Shown in pieces: positions 9,250-18,202 of a stretch of 42,498 nucleotides of DNA. Under the pieces are notes generated by a model. The model worked only from the letters and a program-made list of their open reading frames with translations, searched no databases and was not told the DNA's origin. A program made the translations under genes and the position numbers. Source of the stretch: a virus (taxonomy: Duplodnaviria; Caudoviricetes); the IMG/VR virus record IMGVR_UViG_3300022670_000173, positions 1 to 42,498 of that record, one strand, 5' to 3'. The stretch's first letter is position 1; the number at the start of each line of letters is the position of its first letter.

Positions 9250-12197
9250 CTTTATTAAAAGACGCTTCGGGGTCATTGGGCGGAAAAACCTACCAGCTAA
9301 ATGAAAACAAACCATTAGTAGAATCTCTATTATCAATGTTCCCTAATGGTCTACCAAAAACCGCAAGAATATCATGCTGCAATGAAAACATTTGCCTTGA
9401 TGATTTGATAAGCGGATACACGCCGCGCGGTGATGTAACAATATTAATAAAGCCTGCTTTTTTCGCAGAATCACAACCAATTCAAGTTAGAGTGATAGGC
9501 GGCTCAAGCGCCGGAACTGGGACTGAGCCAATATCAAATCAAATTCCGGCTGAAGTTCCTGAATCAAGAAATATAACCTCAAATTCAACCAACAGTTTTT
9601 CAGCTCAAGGTAACGTTTCCCGCATTGGTGAGAGAATACCCGACATTTACGGGGAATTAAGGGTCTATCCCGATTTGCTTTCTGAATCGCTAGAACGTTA
9701 CACCGATGAAAACGGAAATAGTGGAAAAAAAAGCGCGGCTGGAAGAACACTGTATAAAAATAGTAGAAAGCGAATAACACAGCTATTTATAACATCAATG
9801 GGGGATGGTGAAGTTGTCAATGGCACTGAAAGAATTGGTGACGGTACTTTTCCAACAGCCGCAACACTTGAAGATGTTACAGGAATAACGAAAGTTGTTG
9901 ATTATCCTTTTAATATTCCAACATCGGAAAATCAAATAGTCTTTGATTACCTTCAATTCGATAAACTTAATTTATTTAGACGCGCTGATTTTTTCGGTAA
10001 TGGTGCTTTTGAAAATGTTGTTTTGTTTACGATGCTTAATGGTGTTATGGATTTAACAATTAGCAGTCTGTTTGGTTCACCCGCGACAAATGACGATGCC
10101 GCTTTTTTTGCTTACTGCTTTGAAAATGTAAAGACTGGTGACGAACTTGTGATAGGTGGGCTAAATGCAGATCAATCATTCAAATCAACCTTAGAAGGAA
10201 CGTACGCCTTCAAAAGACTTTCAATCACACAAGTAGCGCAAGGGCAGGGATTCGGAAAAGTATCAATATTGCTTGATAAAATCTCAGGTGATTTGAATAA
10301 TATAGGTACAAATATCATCGGAACAGCTACCGCATTTAGTGGGGCTTTCATTCAAGGCAAAGGAATTAGGGGTAATCTAAGGGATGCTGTTTTTAATGAG
10401 GTTGAGCGGTTAGAGAAATACGAATTACCACACAATCTTAATACCACCGTTGAAACTGGTACAGAATACAAAGCTTCATTCGATTTGTTTTTTAGTCGAG
10501 GCTTAGACACTAAATTTACTGACGAGCCAATGGTGGGCGCTGTATATGAAGTAGTCGAAAGTTTTTATGATACTGGTTCAAATGATTGGTTGTTTTTGGG
10601 AACTGGTGGTATTTCTGAATATACATTTGTCGGATGGGCTGAAGAAGGCGAGCAAATACGGGGAACAATTACCCATACAATGTCATCTGAAGCAATCTTA
10701 AAAAGTCGAGCTGGTTTTAGAATGTCAGTAAGTATTAGAAGAACGAAGACGGCTGTTGATAATGGCATAGGGTTTAATGGCGCAGCAACACTACCGGACG
10801 AAAACGGTTCAAATTATGTAATTACGCCACCCGATTATTTTAAATTTAGCACTCTTGAGGACAATCAAGATTTTTATGTGACTGATTCAATAATAACCCG
10901 AGTAACGCAAGTTATAAGCAAAAAAACAACATTCAACAACCACACAGTAGAGTTTGACTTTAAAGATACGACCTCGCCACAATCAACAAGCTCAGGCGCG
11001 CTTAATTTTATATTTAAAAGAGACATTACTATATTTGACGTAAACGGTGATGTGATTAGTGTCGGGTTTAGTAATGACGTTCGCCAAATTGTATTAAATT
11101 ATATGTCCGTAACCAATAAGATACCAATTTCAACAATTGACGTTGACGCCTTGTTTGACATTGGAAGCCTTGACGGTGACTTTGATTTAAACATTGCACT
11201 AACAAATAAAAGTAACACGTTTGAAAAAGAACTTAGCATAATGCTACAACCATTTTTTGCCAAATCAATAAGGTCAGGTGGTGGTTATACTTTCGGTTCT
11301 GAATTTGACAGTACGGGCAGCAAAGACGTATCAAGCATTATAACTGGGCGCATTGCTGAATTAAATAATGCAGCCATAAGTTATAGTTTAAGTTCAGACG
11401 ACCCTGTAACGGCTATTGACGTTGAATTCAAGGACGGTTTAAATAACATTTACGATATTAAGGTTTTTAGAATAAAAAAATTAGGCGTAACAGACCCTAA
11501 AGTTAAAAAAATATCACTTGTTGGAATAACCAAACAAAGCCAAGCTGAATTTTTCGCAAAGATTACTTTCAATAAATTGGTAATGCAAAGAAGATCAACT
11601 TCAGTAAATGTAAATTCCAGTATGTTGAGTTTGAACCCATTTGATAGGGTTAGAATGGCAGACCCCACTTATTTTGATTTAACATTTGTTGACGGTGGCG
11701 GGACTTCCAATAACTTCAATAGCCAAGAGGCGGAATTAATCGGCTTAGATGGCATTGTATACACGCTATCAGAAAAAATAAAATTCCCCGAAGGTGGGAT
11801 TTATGTTTTTGGTGAAATGAACATATTAATAACGAATGAATTTGGTGAAATTGATAATGCCGAAGAATTTAGAATTCTTCCATTGTCGGGATTGCCGTCT
11901 GATAACTTGCTAGATAAGGTGATAATACTTGATTCTTCTCAAAGCATTGTTACCAACTTCACCTTCAGGGGGCAAGTAATATCACCCCTTGCTGGGGCTA
12001 CGCAGGTCGGCGCTAGAATATCGGCAACACCTATTCCAGTAACCCCAAATGATAACAGTTCAAAACTAGATGATTATTTAATAACTGGAATCGTCCCAGC
12101 CACAAACAACACTGTTAAAGTAAATTTGATAGAATATAATGAATTATTCTATAAACCTGATGCGCTAGCATCTGAAACAGAGCAGGAGATTTTATAA
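9237..12197 (+). CDS. Tail tip / host-specificity protein (gpJ-like)
   Basis: 986 aa; NVSRIGERIPDIYGELRVYPDL motif; C-terminal YLITGIVP...VNLIEYNE. Confidence 0.85.
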   Translation: MYELTLLKDASGSLGGKTYQLNENKPLVESLLSMFPNGLPKTARISCCNENICLDDLISGYTPRGDVTILIKPAFFAESQPIQVRVIGGSSAGTGTEPISNQIPAEVPESRNITSNSTNSFSAQGNVSRIGERIPDIYGELRVYPDLLSESLERYTDENGNSGKKSAAGRTLYKNSRKRITQLFITSMGDGEVVNGTERIGDGTFPTAATLEDVTGITKVVDYPFNIPTSENQIVFDYLQFDKLNLFRRADFFGNGAFENVVLFTMLNGVMDLTISSLFGSPATNDDAAFFAYCFENVKTGDELVIGGLNADQSFKSTLEGTYAFKRLSITQVAQGQGFGKVSILLDKISGDLNNIGTNIIGTATAFSGAFIQGKGIRGNLRDAVFNEVERLEKYELPHNLNTTVETGTEYKASFDLFFSRGLDTKFTDEPMVGAVYEVVESFYDTGSNDWLFLGTGGISEYTFVGWAEEGEQIRGTITHTMSSEAILKSRAGFRMSVSIRRTKTAVDNGIGFNGAATLPDENGSNYVITPPDYFKFSTLEDNQDFYVTDSIITRVTQVISKKTTFNNHTVEFDFKDTTSPQSTSSGALNFIFKRDITIFDVNGDVISVGFSNDVRQIVLNYMSVTNKIPISTIDVDALFDIGSLDGDFDLNIALTNKSNTFEKELSIMLQPFFAKSIRSGGGYTFGSEFDSTGSKDVSSIITGRIAELNNAAISYSLSSDDPVTAIDVEFKDGLNNIYDIKVFRIKKLGVTDPKVKKISLVGITKQSQAEFFAKITFNKLVMQRRSTSVNVNSSMLSLNPFDRVRMADPTYFDLTFVDGGGTSNNFNSQEAELIGLDGIVYTLSEKIKFPEGGIYVFGEMNILITNEFGEIDNAEEFRILPLSGLPSDNLLDKVIILDSSQSIVTNFTFRGQVISPLAGATQVGARISATPIPVTPNDNSSKLDDYLITGIVPATNNTVKVNLIEYNELFYKPDALASETEQEIL

Positions 12198-12198
12198 C

Positions 12199-14379
12199 AT
12201 GCCTTTAACCATACAAGATTTTGATGACGCGCTTGAAGATTTAAAGACAATCGGTGACGTTACAAATCTAACTCAAGACACAAAGCTTTCCAGCAGGCTA
12301 GGCGCTTTAATATCCACACTATTTAAAGCAATTGGTGATATTGGGTTTTTACCTAATGCTATTCCATGGACGCCTACAACGCTATTTGATAACCCTCAGC
12401 AATTAGTAACAGAGGGCAGCGATACCTATCGACTAAAAGAAGCTCACACTTCAGGCGCTACTTTTGCCGAAGATGCCAGCAAATGGACTCTATTTACTTC
12501 AGACCCTTCAATTCCAACAGTGACAGATTTGGATAATGCTGTTGATGGGTTTTTTAGATTTGATGGGACGGCTGCAAATGTTCCGCCTATTGGTGTTACG
12601 GGTGGCGGCTATCAAATAACTTCATCGCAAGGAAATATTAAAACTCAATATGTCCAAAGTGCTGGGTCATTTTTGTATGTTAGAAGCTTTAACGGTGTTG
12701 TGTGGACGGTTTGGGTTAGGCAAGTAGATGAAAATGATTTGAAGTTTTTAACAATATCGGGAAATAATTTTGATACTTTTGACGCTCAAGGTAATTTTGC
12801 TATTCAATTGCCAACCTCAACAACATTGCCCCCTAATTTTGAAACTAATATAGCAGTTCAAGACCATGCGACAATTGAGGTAATTAGAGGGCAGACAGTT
12901 ACCGAGGCTTCGGGGGTGGTAGCAAAAAGAAGCCTAACAATTCAGCGATTGCATGGTATTGATACTCTAGGTGAGAAAACAACATGGAGTAGATACCAAG
13001 ATGAAACCGATGTCTCGCCATCATTTGGCGATTGGATTCAACCTAGTGGTGGCGGTAGTGGTGATGCTGTCATTATTACAGATTTAGATAATGCGCCTGA
13101 TGGATTTATTAAATGGGGCAATACCATTGCAAACGCACCAGCAGGAGCGGCTCATACTGGTTCGGGTTATCAAACAACAGCATTAACGGCGGGTGGCTCC
13201 AATTGGTCTCGATCTCAAGAAATAACAGTTGCCAAAGTTAGATACACAAGAACTGAAGACGAAGCTGTCGGGTGGCTGGAATGGCATAGAAGCGCCTATG
13301 TCGGAATTTATGGTATAGGATTCAGCGCCCAACAAACCACAAACATTGATGATATTGATGCTTCAAGCGGGGCTTTTTGGGTTGATGAAACCGTGGTTTC
13401 TGGTACTTATCCACCTGATGCCGTAGGTGACATAAGAATATTATTAGAACACGTACAAGGTTCAATACTTGATATTAACGGACTTAAAGATGATAAGTCC
13501 ATGACAACGCAAACGCTGACTAGCGGGGTTAATGCTAACGATATTCGACAATATAAACGCTATAGAAATGAAACCCAAGTAAGCCCGTCATGGTCTGATT
13601 GGCATGAAGGAATAGACCGTGGTGATTTTGGGTATGCTGGAGCAGCACCAGAAGCACCTAATTTTGGGGATGCTGACGACATTGATACTACGGGTTCTTA
13701 TTTCGCCTCTCAAAATTGCCCGACCGCGCACCAGTATTTAATTAGAGCAGTTAATAAAACCGTTACCGCTGGCAATACTTCAAAACATCAAATAGCAAGT
13801 AGGGCTGATGGTTTTGATTTTAAATTATTCCATCGTGGATATGATACAAATGGTAATTTTTGGAATGCGTGGGTAGATTTAACTGAAACAGGCGGTGGCG
13901 GTGGATTTACTCCGGCTATCGGTTATATGTCAAAAGACAATCTAACACTTAAATTGATGCCCACAATAACCGCTACGGTATTTCAGAAAATAGAAGATAG
14001 TGTAAGCGCCACTGTTTACGATGATTCAACAGGGTCAACTGGCGTTACTGTTGATTTGATAAACTCAACATTGGAAATCACAGCCGCCGGAACTTATAAT
14101 TTAAAAATTGATGTTGAAATTTCAATTGATGCGCCTTTGTCGGATATTACTGTAAGTATTGCTAAATTTACAGGAGTAGAACCAGCTATACCCGTAGCTC
14201 TAGCCTCAAGATTAGTTAGATCAACAACAGCGGATAATTCAAATCAGCGTTATCATGTTGAAGTTTCAGGAACAGAGGTTTTAGCTATCGGTGATAAATT
14301 AATACCAATTGTGACCAGTAACGCAACAACAAACCCATCAATAAAATCAACTTCATTTTCAGCCATAAGGATTGCATAA
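12199..14379 (+). CDS. Tail fibre with repeated knob-like domains
   Basis: 726 aa; SRLG N-terminal anchor, repeated DLDN..G.. and W..W modules, Gly linkers, beta-sandwich C-terminus. Confidence 0.85.
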   Translation: MPLTIQDFDDALEDLKTIGDVTNLTQDTKLSSRLGALISTLFKAIGDIGFLPNAIPWTPTTLFDNPQQLVTEGSDTYRLKEAHTSGATFAEDASKWTLFTSDPSIPTVTDLDNAVDGFFRFDGTAANVPPIGVTGGGYQITSSQGNIKTQYVQSAGSFLYVRSFNGVVWTVWVRQVDENDLKFLTISGNNFDTFDAQGNFAIQLPTSTTLPPNFETNIAVQDHATIEVIRGQTVTEASGVVAKRSLTIQRLHGIDTLGEKTTWSRYQDETDVSPSFGDWIQPSGGGSGDAVIITDLDNAPDGFIKWGNTIANAPAGAAHTGSGYQTTALTAGGSNWSRSQEITVAKVRYTRTEDEAVGWLEWHRSAYVGIYGIGFSAQQTTNIDDIDASSGAFWVDETVVSGTYPPDAVGDIRILLEHVQGSILDINGLKDDKSMTTQTLTSGVNANDIRQYKRYRNETQVSPSWSDWHEGIDRGDFGYAGAAPEAPNFGDADDIDTTGSYFASQNCPTAHQYLIRAVNKTVTAGNTSKHQIASRADGFDFKLFHRGYDTNGNFWNAWVDLTETGGGGGFTPAIGYMSKDNLTLKLMPTITATVFQKIEDSVSATVYDDSTGSTGVTVDLINSTLEITAAGTYNLKIDVEISIDAPLSDITVSIAKFTGVEPAIPVALASRLVRSTTADNSNQRYHVEVSGTEVLAIGDKLIPIVTSNATTNPSIKSTSFSAIRIA

Positions 14380-14744
14380 TGGGTATTTTACAAGAAGCAA
14401 AAGATAATAGAATTCGAGGTATTCGTGGCGAAATGTTGCGCGTCATTCATGCTGGATTTGATATTGGTGATAAACACTATAATTGCACAAATGACGATGT
14501 TAATTATTATACTAGCTCTCTTGTTGTGCTTCAGGCTGGCATTGTCCCCACTGTACCTGTTGCTCGCTTGTTTGGTGGGGAGTGGTCGGACTCTGAACAT
14601 AATGAAGAAGACTTAAAATCAATAGCCCTAGCTGCTACTGTACTTGTGTTTGCGGCGCGCTTAAAGCGCCAAAGCATAGTTGACCTAATAAACACTAAAA
14701 CAACTGTAAAAGCCGCTTATGGCGTAAAATGGGATTCAGTATGA
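14379..14744 (+). CDS. Tail fibre assembly/chaperone (DUF4376-like)
   Basis: 121 aa directly after fibre; ends in ..VKW like DUF4376 proteins. Confidence 0.6.
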   Translation: MGILQEAKDNRIRGIRGEMLRVIHAGFDIGDKHYNCTNDDVNYYTSSLVVLQAGIVPTVPVARLFGGEWSDSEHNEEDLKSIALAATVLVFAARLKRQSIVDLINTKTTVKAAYGVKWDSV

Positions 14745-15160
14745 GTAAATTTGTATTTGGCAAAAATTCTTTAAAGAATCGTGAAGGCGTTCACCCTGAT
14801 TTAATTAGGGTTGATGACTTGGCAATAACATTAACGCTTGTTGATTTTGGGCATGGTGAATATTCAGGATTAAGAACCGCTGAAGATCAAAACCACCTTC
14901 ACAAAAAAGGCGTTTCACCCAATTGCGATGGCTTCAAAGTAAAATCATTGCATCAATCAGGACGGGCATTAGATTTTCATGCTCACGTTGAGGGGCGCGG
15001 TTCTTGGAAAGAAGACCATCTAACAATGGTTGCTTGCGCCTATTTTCAAGCGGCATCAATACTAGGAATTAAAATAAAATGGGGCGGATTGTGGAAAGGT
15101 GGTAAAACACGTCATGGTATTCAATATGGGTGGGATTGCCCGCACATTCAGTTAGCCTAA
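14741..15160 (+). CDS. Endolysin, M15 family L-Ala-D-Glu peptidase (start ATG 14741 preferred)
   Basis: EGVHPDL, GLRT..Q, SLHQSGRALD, WGGLW, WDCPHIQL zinc-peptidase motifs. Confidence 0.9.
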   Translation: MSKFVFGKNSLKNREGVHPDLIRVDDLAITLTLVDFGHGEYSGLRTAEDQNHLHKKGVSPNCDGFKVKSLHQSGRALDFHAHVEGRGSWKEDHLTMVACAYFQAASILGIKIKWGGLWKGGKTRHGIQYGWDCPHIQLA

Positions 15161-15162
15161 AC

Positions 15163-15259
15163 GAAAAAGCCCCGTTACTAAACCAGAAAGTAACGGGGCT
15201 AAAACAACCACAGCAAACAACCTAACTAAGATTAAAACCTTCGGAGAGGAAAAAACCTT
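15163..15259 (-). ncRNA. Predicted ~96-nt small RNA, antisense to early-gene leaders
   Basis: Bounded by a leftward promoter (15266-15293) and a leftward intrinsic terminator (15164-15200); no start codon in it; segments complementary to leaders at 15362, 28113 and 32661 and to AACCRGAG. Confidence 0.55.
15164..15200 (-). terminator. Intrinsic terminator oriented for the minus strand
   Basis: Perfect 12-bp stem AGCCCCGTTACT (15168-79) / AGTAACGGGGCT (15189-200), 9-nt loop; A5 on the left side (U-tract on minus strand) and no T-tract on the right. Confidence 0.8.
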
Positions 15260-15265
15260 AAATTC

Positions 15266-15293
15266 ATAATAACAAAAACACCCACCCTGTAAA
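15266..15293 (-). promoter_or_regulatory. Leftward sigma70-type promoter with extended -10
   Basis: Minus strand reads TTTACA-N16-TATTAT with TGn before the -10. Confidence 0.6.
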
Positions 15294-15312
15294 ATCATTT
15301 ATCCCTCATTTA

Positions 15313-15360
15313 AGAATAATTTGACACTTTCATTGCATTAATTCATAATTCGGTTATTAT
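15313..15360 (+). promoter_or_regulatory. Early promoter P1 (conserved family)
   Basis: AGAATAAT-TTGACA-N6-TTGCAT-N16-TATTAT; also contains TTGACA-N17-CATAAT. Confidence 0.8.
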
Positions 15361-15390
15361 TACCAGAGCAAACAAACCGGAGTAAATAAA

Positions 15391-15609
15391 ATGCGCGTAC
15401 CAGTAGAAACAATCATTGAAATAAACAAGATTGATTACCCAGCAATACTAACTTATTCAGAAGATGAAAATAATTTTGAATTACATTCTTTGCATTTATT
15501 AGATAAAAACGAAACTGATATGACTTTTCTATTGTCAGATTTAGATGATCAGGCGGAATATTTAGACGTTGCCGAACGACACAGAGCGGAGTCTATCGAA
15601 TGCAAATAG
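15391..15609 (+). CDS. Small acidic hypothetical protein
   Basis: ORF with AACCGGAG SD leader, first gene after P1. Confidence 0.75.
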   Translation: MRVPVETIIEINKIDYPAILTYSEDENNFELHSLHLLDKNETDMTFLLSDLDDQAEYLDVAERHRAESIECK

Positions 15610-15866
15610 AAATTAAGGGGCGAACATATAGCCCCATTTTTAAAAAGGGATGCCGAAAAGTAATCGGCTTTATTGATGATAAAAACGAGGAAATACTAAG
15701 AAGCTATAATGAATACATATTATACAGCGCGGATAATGGCGCAAGATTTGCATTGTATTTAGATATTGAACCTTGTTATTTTTTACTAAGCGAAATCTTA
15801 AAAGAGATTGAGACTGATTTTATAGGGTTCATTAAAAACAAATCAATGACGGTGGAAAGGTTATGA
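15600..15866 (+). CDS. Hypothetical protein
   Basis: ORF with GGAG SD, overlapping neighbours. Confidence 0.65.
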   Translation: MQIEIKGRTYSPIFKKGCRKVIGFIDDKNEEILRSYNEYILYSADNGARFALYLDIEPCYFLLSEILKEIETDFIGFIKNKSMTVERL

Positions 15867-16312
15867 AAAAAGAAGTATTTTTCATTCGTGACAAAGAGAC
15901 AGCGCGGCATCTAATGGGCAACGCTTTTAATTCAGCCTTGAGGCGCTTAGATTCTGGAGCGGTCGTTGTGACATTATCTTGCGAAACGCGCACCATTGAA
16001 CAGAATGACAAATTGTGGGCAATGCTAACGGACTTGTCTAAAAAGATTACCTACTATGGCAAAAAGAGAACAACGGCGGCATGGAAGGACATTGTGACCG
16101 TTGCTTGGCAAGCTGAAACAGTCGAGTTAGTGCCAAGCTTTGACAATACAAAATTAATAGCGGTCGGGCTATCAACCAGTGATTTAGGCGTTAAGGCATT
16201 CGCTGAAGTAGTTGAAGTTATTTATATGATGGGCGCTGACTTTGGCATTGAATGGTCTAAAAAATCAAATACGATTTTCAAAGAGTATAAACTTTATGAT
16301 CAAGTTACTTAG
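15863..16312 (+). CDS. ninB: NinB/Orf family recombination protein
   Basis: RTIEQNDKLWAML.DLS, W K, GLSTSDL..K.F motifs. Confidence 0.88.
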   Translation: MKKEVFFIRDKETARHLMGNAFNSALRRLDSGAVVVTLSCETRTIEQNDKLWAMLTDLSKKITYYGKKRTTAAWKDIVTVAWQAETVELVPSFDNTKLIAVGLSTSDLGVKAFAEVVEVIYMMGADFGIEWSKKSNTIFKEYKLYDQVT

Positions 16313-16421
16313 CCATATTATAATTAACGTTCGGCTTTTATTGCTTAAAAGAAAACTTAATAAAAAACTTAAAGAAAAAAACCAGAGGATTGAAGATGGG
16401 AACATTGACAAAAAGGCTTGA
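16296..16421 (+). CDS. Small basic hypothetical protein (41 aa, not in ORF track)
   Basis: ATG..TGA ORF filling the gap between ninB and next gene. Confidence 0.4.
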   Translation: MIKLLSHIIINVRLLLLKRKLNKKLKEKNQRIEDGNIDKKA

Positions 16422-16710
16422 AGAACTTGAAGTACAGCGCGATGAATTAACCGTGTGGATTGACGAATTAAAACAAGAAATAGCTGAAAATGCTTGCCCC
16501 TTTGTGGTGGGAATGGAAGTTGCTGTTTGTGGTTATGCCAGTAATGGAAAGCCAATGTTGATTGAAGAAATTTGTGGTATGCCACGACCAACAAAGCACA
16601 GCACTAAAAGCTTATGGAGGGTTCGAGGCTCTTTAATTAAAAAGAATGGTGAGCCGAGCAAGTTAACAGCAACATTTACTGACGCACAATATAAAAAGGC
16701 GATGAAATGA
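16396..16710 (+). CDS. Hypothetical protein
   Basis: AACCAGAGGA leader before ATG 16396; N-terminal coiled coil. Confidence 0.7.
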   Translation: MGTLTKRLEELEVQRDELTVWIDELKQEIAENACPFVVGMEVAVCGYASNGKPMLIEEICGMPRPTKHSTKSLWRVRGSLIKKNGEPSKLTATFTDAQYKKAMK

Positions 16711-17225
16711 AAAAATTAGCTAAATTAGTTGTTGAATGGGCTGAAGCTAAAGGTCTTAATAAAGCCAACCCTAACGCGCAATTTAAAAAAGTATATGAAG
16801 AAATCGGTGAAACATCGGCGGCTTTACTTCTTAATGATATGCCGGAAATCATTGACGGAATCGGTGACGTTTACGTGACCTTGATTGTATTATCAAATCA
16901 GCTAAACATTCCTTTTGATTTTAATGACAAAGATGAAATCGAACATATTTCTGAAAATAGAGCATTTATTGACCTTGCTTTTTGCGTTGGCAACATCGGG
17001 CATCATATTGATAGTGAATCAAACTATAGTATGGGCTTTGTAAGCCATTACATTTACCTTGCTTGTGTTGCGTTGTCGCACCTAGCTAAACGCCGTGGGC
17101 TGACCGCTGAGCAGTGCCTACAAACTGCTTATGATGTTATTAGCAAGCGAAAAGGTAAAATGGTTGGCGATGTTTTTATTAAAGAAAAACCGCAAGCGGA
17201 TTGGAGCAAAAAAAGTGGCAAATAG
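16707..17225 (+). CDS. MazG-like nucleotide pyrophosphohydrolase
   Basis: W.E.KGL, QFKKVYEEIGE, DGIGDV, AYDVISKRKGKMV motifs. Confidence 0.85.
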   Translation: MKKLAKLVVEWAEAKGLNKANPNAQFKKVYEEIGETSAALLLNDMPEIIDGIGDVYVTLIVLSNQLNIPFDFNDKDEIEHISENRAFIDLAFCVGNIGHHIDSESNYSMGFVSHYIYLACVALSHLAKRRGLTAEQCLQTAYDVISKRKGKMVGDVFIKEKPQADWSKKSGK

Positions 17226-17556
17226 AATAGCCGCAAGGGTTGACGCAAATCACGGAGAAATCAAAAAGGCATTTATCAGCCTTGGCTGTTCTGTTTCGGA
17301 TACGTCCGGCGCGGGCAAAGGCTTTCCTGATATTGTTGTGGGCTACAAGGGGATAACCGTTTTAGTTGAAATAAAGGACGGTGAAAAAACACCTAGCCAA
17401 AGAAAACTTACAAAAGATCAAATAATATTTCACGGCAATTTTACGGGCGCAATTGCTGTTGTAAAAGACGTTGACGATGTTTTGAAGATTTATAACAAGC
17501 TAATAATGAATGAAATTTCCTTTCGTCATTACTGGAAATTAGACAACGGTTATTAA
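17215..17556 (+). CDS. VRR-NUC / PD-(D/E)xK endonuclease (likely GTG start at 17215)
   Basis: ARVDANH, GFPDIVVG, LVEIKDG, LTKDQ motifs; GGAG SD at 17203. Confidence 0.85.
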   Translation: MANRIAARVDANHGEIKKAFISLGCSVSDTSGAGKGFPDIVVGYKGITVLVEIKDGEKTPSQRKLTKDQIIFHGNFTGAIAVVKDVDDVLKIYNKLIMNEISFRHYWKLDNGY

Positions 17557-17573
17557 CTGCTATATTTATTAAC

Positions 17574-17605
17574 AAGGTCATAGGTTAAACTATGACCTTT
17601 TTTTT
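17574..17605 (+). terminator. Intrinsic terminator
   Basis: AAGGTCATAG-GTTAAA-CTATGACCTT followed by a T run. Confidence 0.9.
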
Positions 17606-17627
17606 ATGGATGAAAGAAAAGGGAGTT

Positions 17628-17636
17628 TGTTATAAT
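17628..17636 (+). promoter_or_regulatory. Extended -10 promoter for moron
   Basis: TGTTATAAT 33 nt upstream of ATG 17669. Confidence 0.6.
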
Positions 17637-17668
17637 TAGAAACAGTTTGATAAAAAGAGCGGGAAAAA

Positions 17669-18202
17669 ATGACTGATGTTTCGGGCATGATGGATAAATT
17701 AAAGCCAAAATACATTATTGCTATTGTTTTATGCGGTAGTTTGATAAATATATTGCCAAGCATTTATACAGAGTACAATAATAAAAGCTCAACTAAGCCA
17801 ATAGGCGCGGATGATACTATTAGGGACGTTGCTAAAACCTTTACCTATTACAACCGCTCTATCATAGACGGCTTTAAAAACCTTCTTGATTCAAATATGA
17901 CGCTAAGCAACAGAGAATATTCTACTTTTGTTTACGACCTATTAGAGCGGGGTTGGAGTCAAGGTTTTGCAGAATTAAACAGACATCCATTTTGTATGAA
18001 AAACGTTGGTGAATGGGTAGAACAAAATATAAATTCAGATGATACTTTAAAAGAAGAATCGTTAAGTGTTGTAAGCAATGGGCAAATAACAACCAGTGAG
18101 AAAATTATAATGCTAGAATTATTAATACTTTCATATTCCCAGAAAACCGGAAAATCATTAAAAACCCATTTAAAGAGTGTTGAGAAATGCAAAAAATCCT
18201 AA
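17669..18202 (+). CDS. Membrane-anchored hypothetical protein
   Basis: N-terminal hydrophobic segment YIIAIVLCGSLINILPSIY followed by a soluble helical domain. Confidence 0.7.
   Translation: MTDVSGMMDKLKPKYIIAIVLCGSLINILPSIYTEYNNKSSTKPIGADDTIRDVAKTFTYYNRSIIDGFKNLLDSNMTLSNREYSTFVYDLLERGWSQGFAELNRHPFCMKNVGEWVEQNINSDDTLKEESLSVVSNGQITTSEKIIMLELLILSYSQKTGKSLKTHLKSVEKCKKS

Noticed and set aside
12199-14379. Diversity-generating retroelement or invertible tail-fibre system
   Set aside because: No reverse transcriptase or invertase seen; the internal repeats are old protein-level duplications, not a near-identical TR/VR pair
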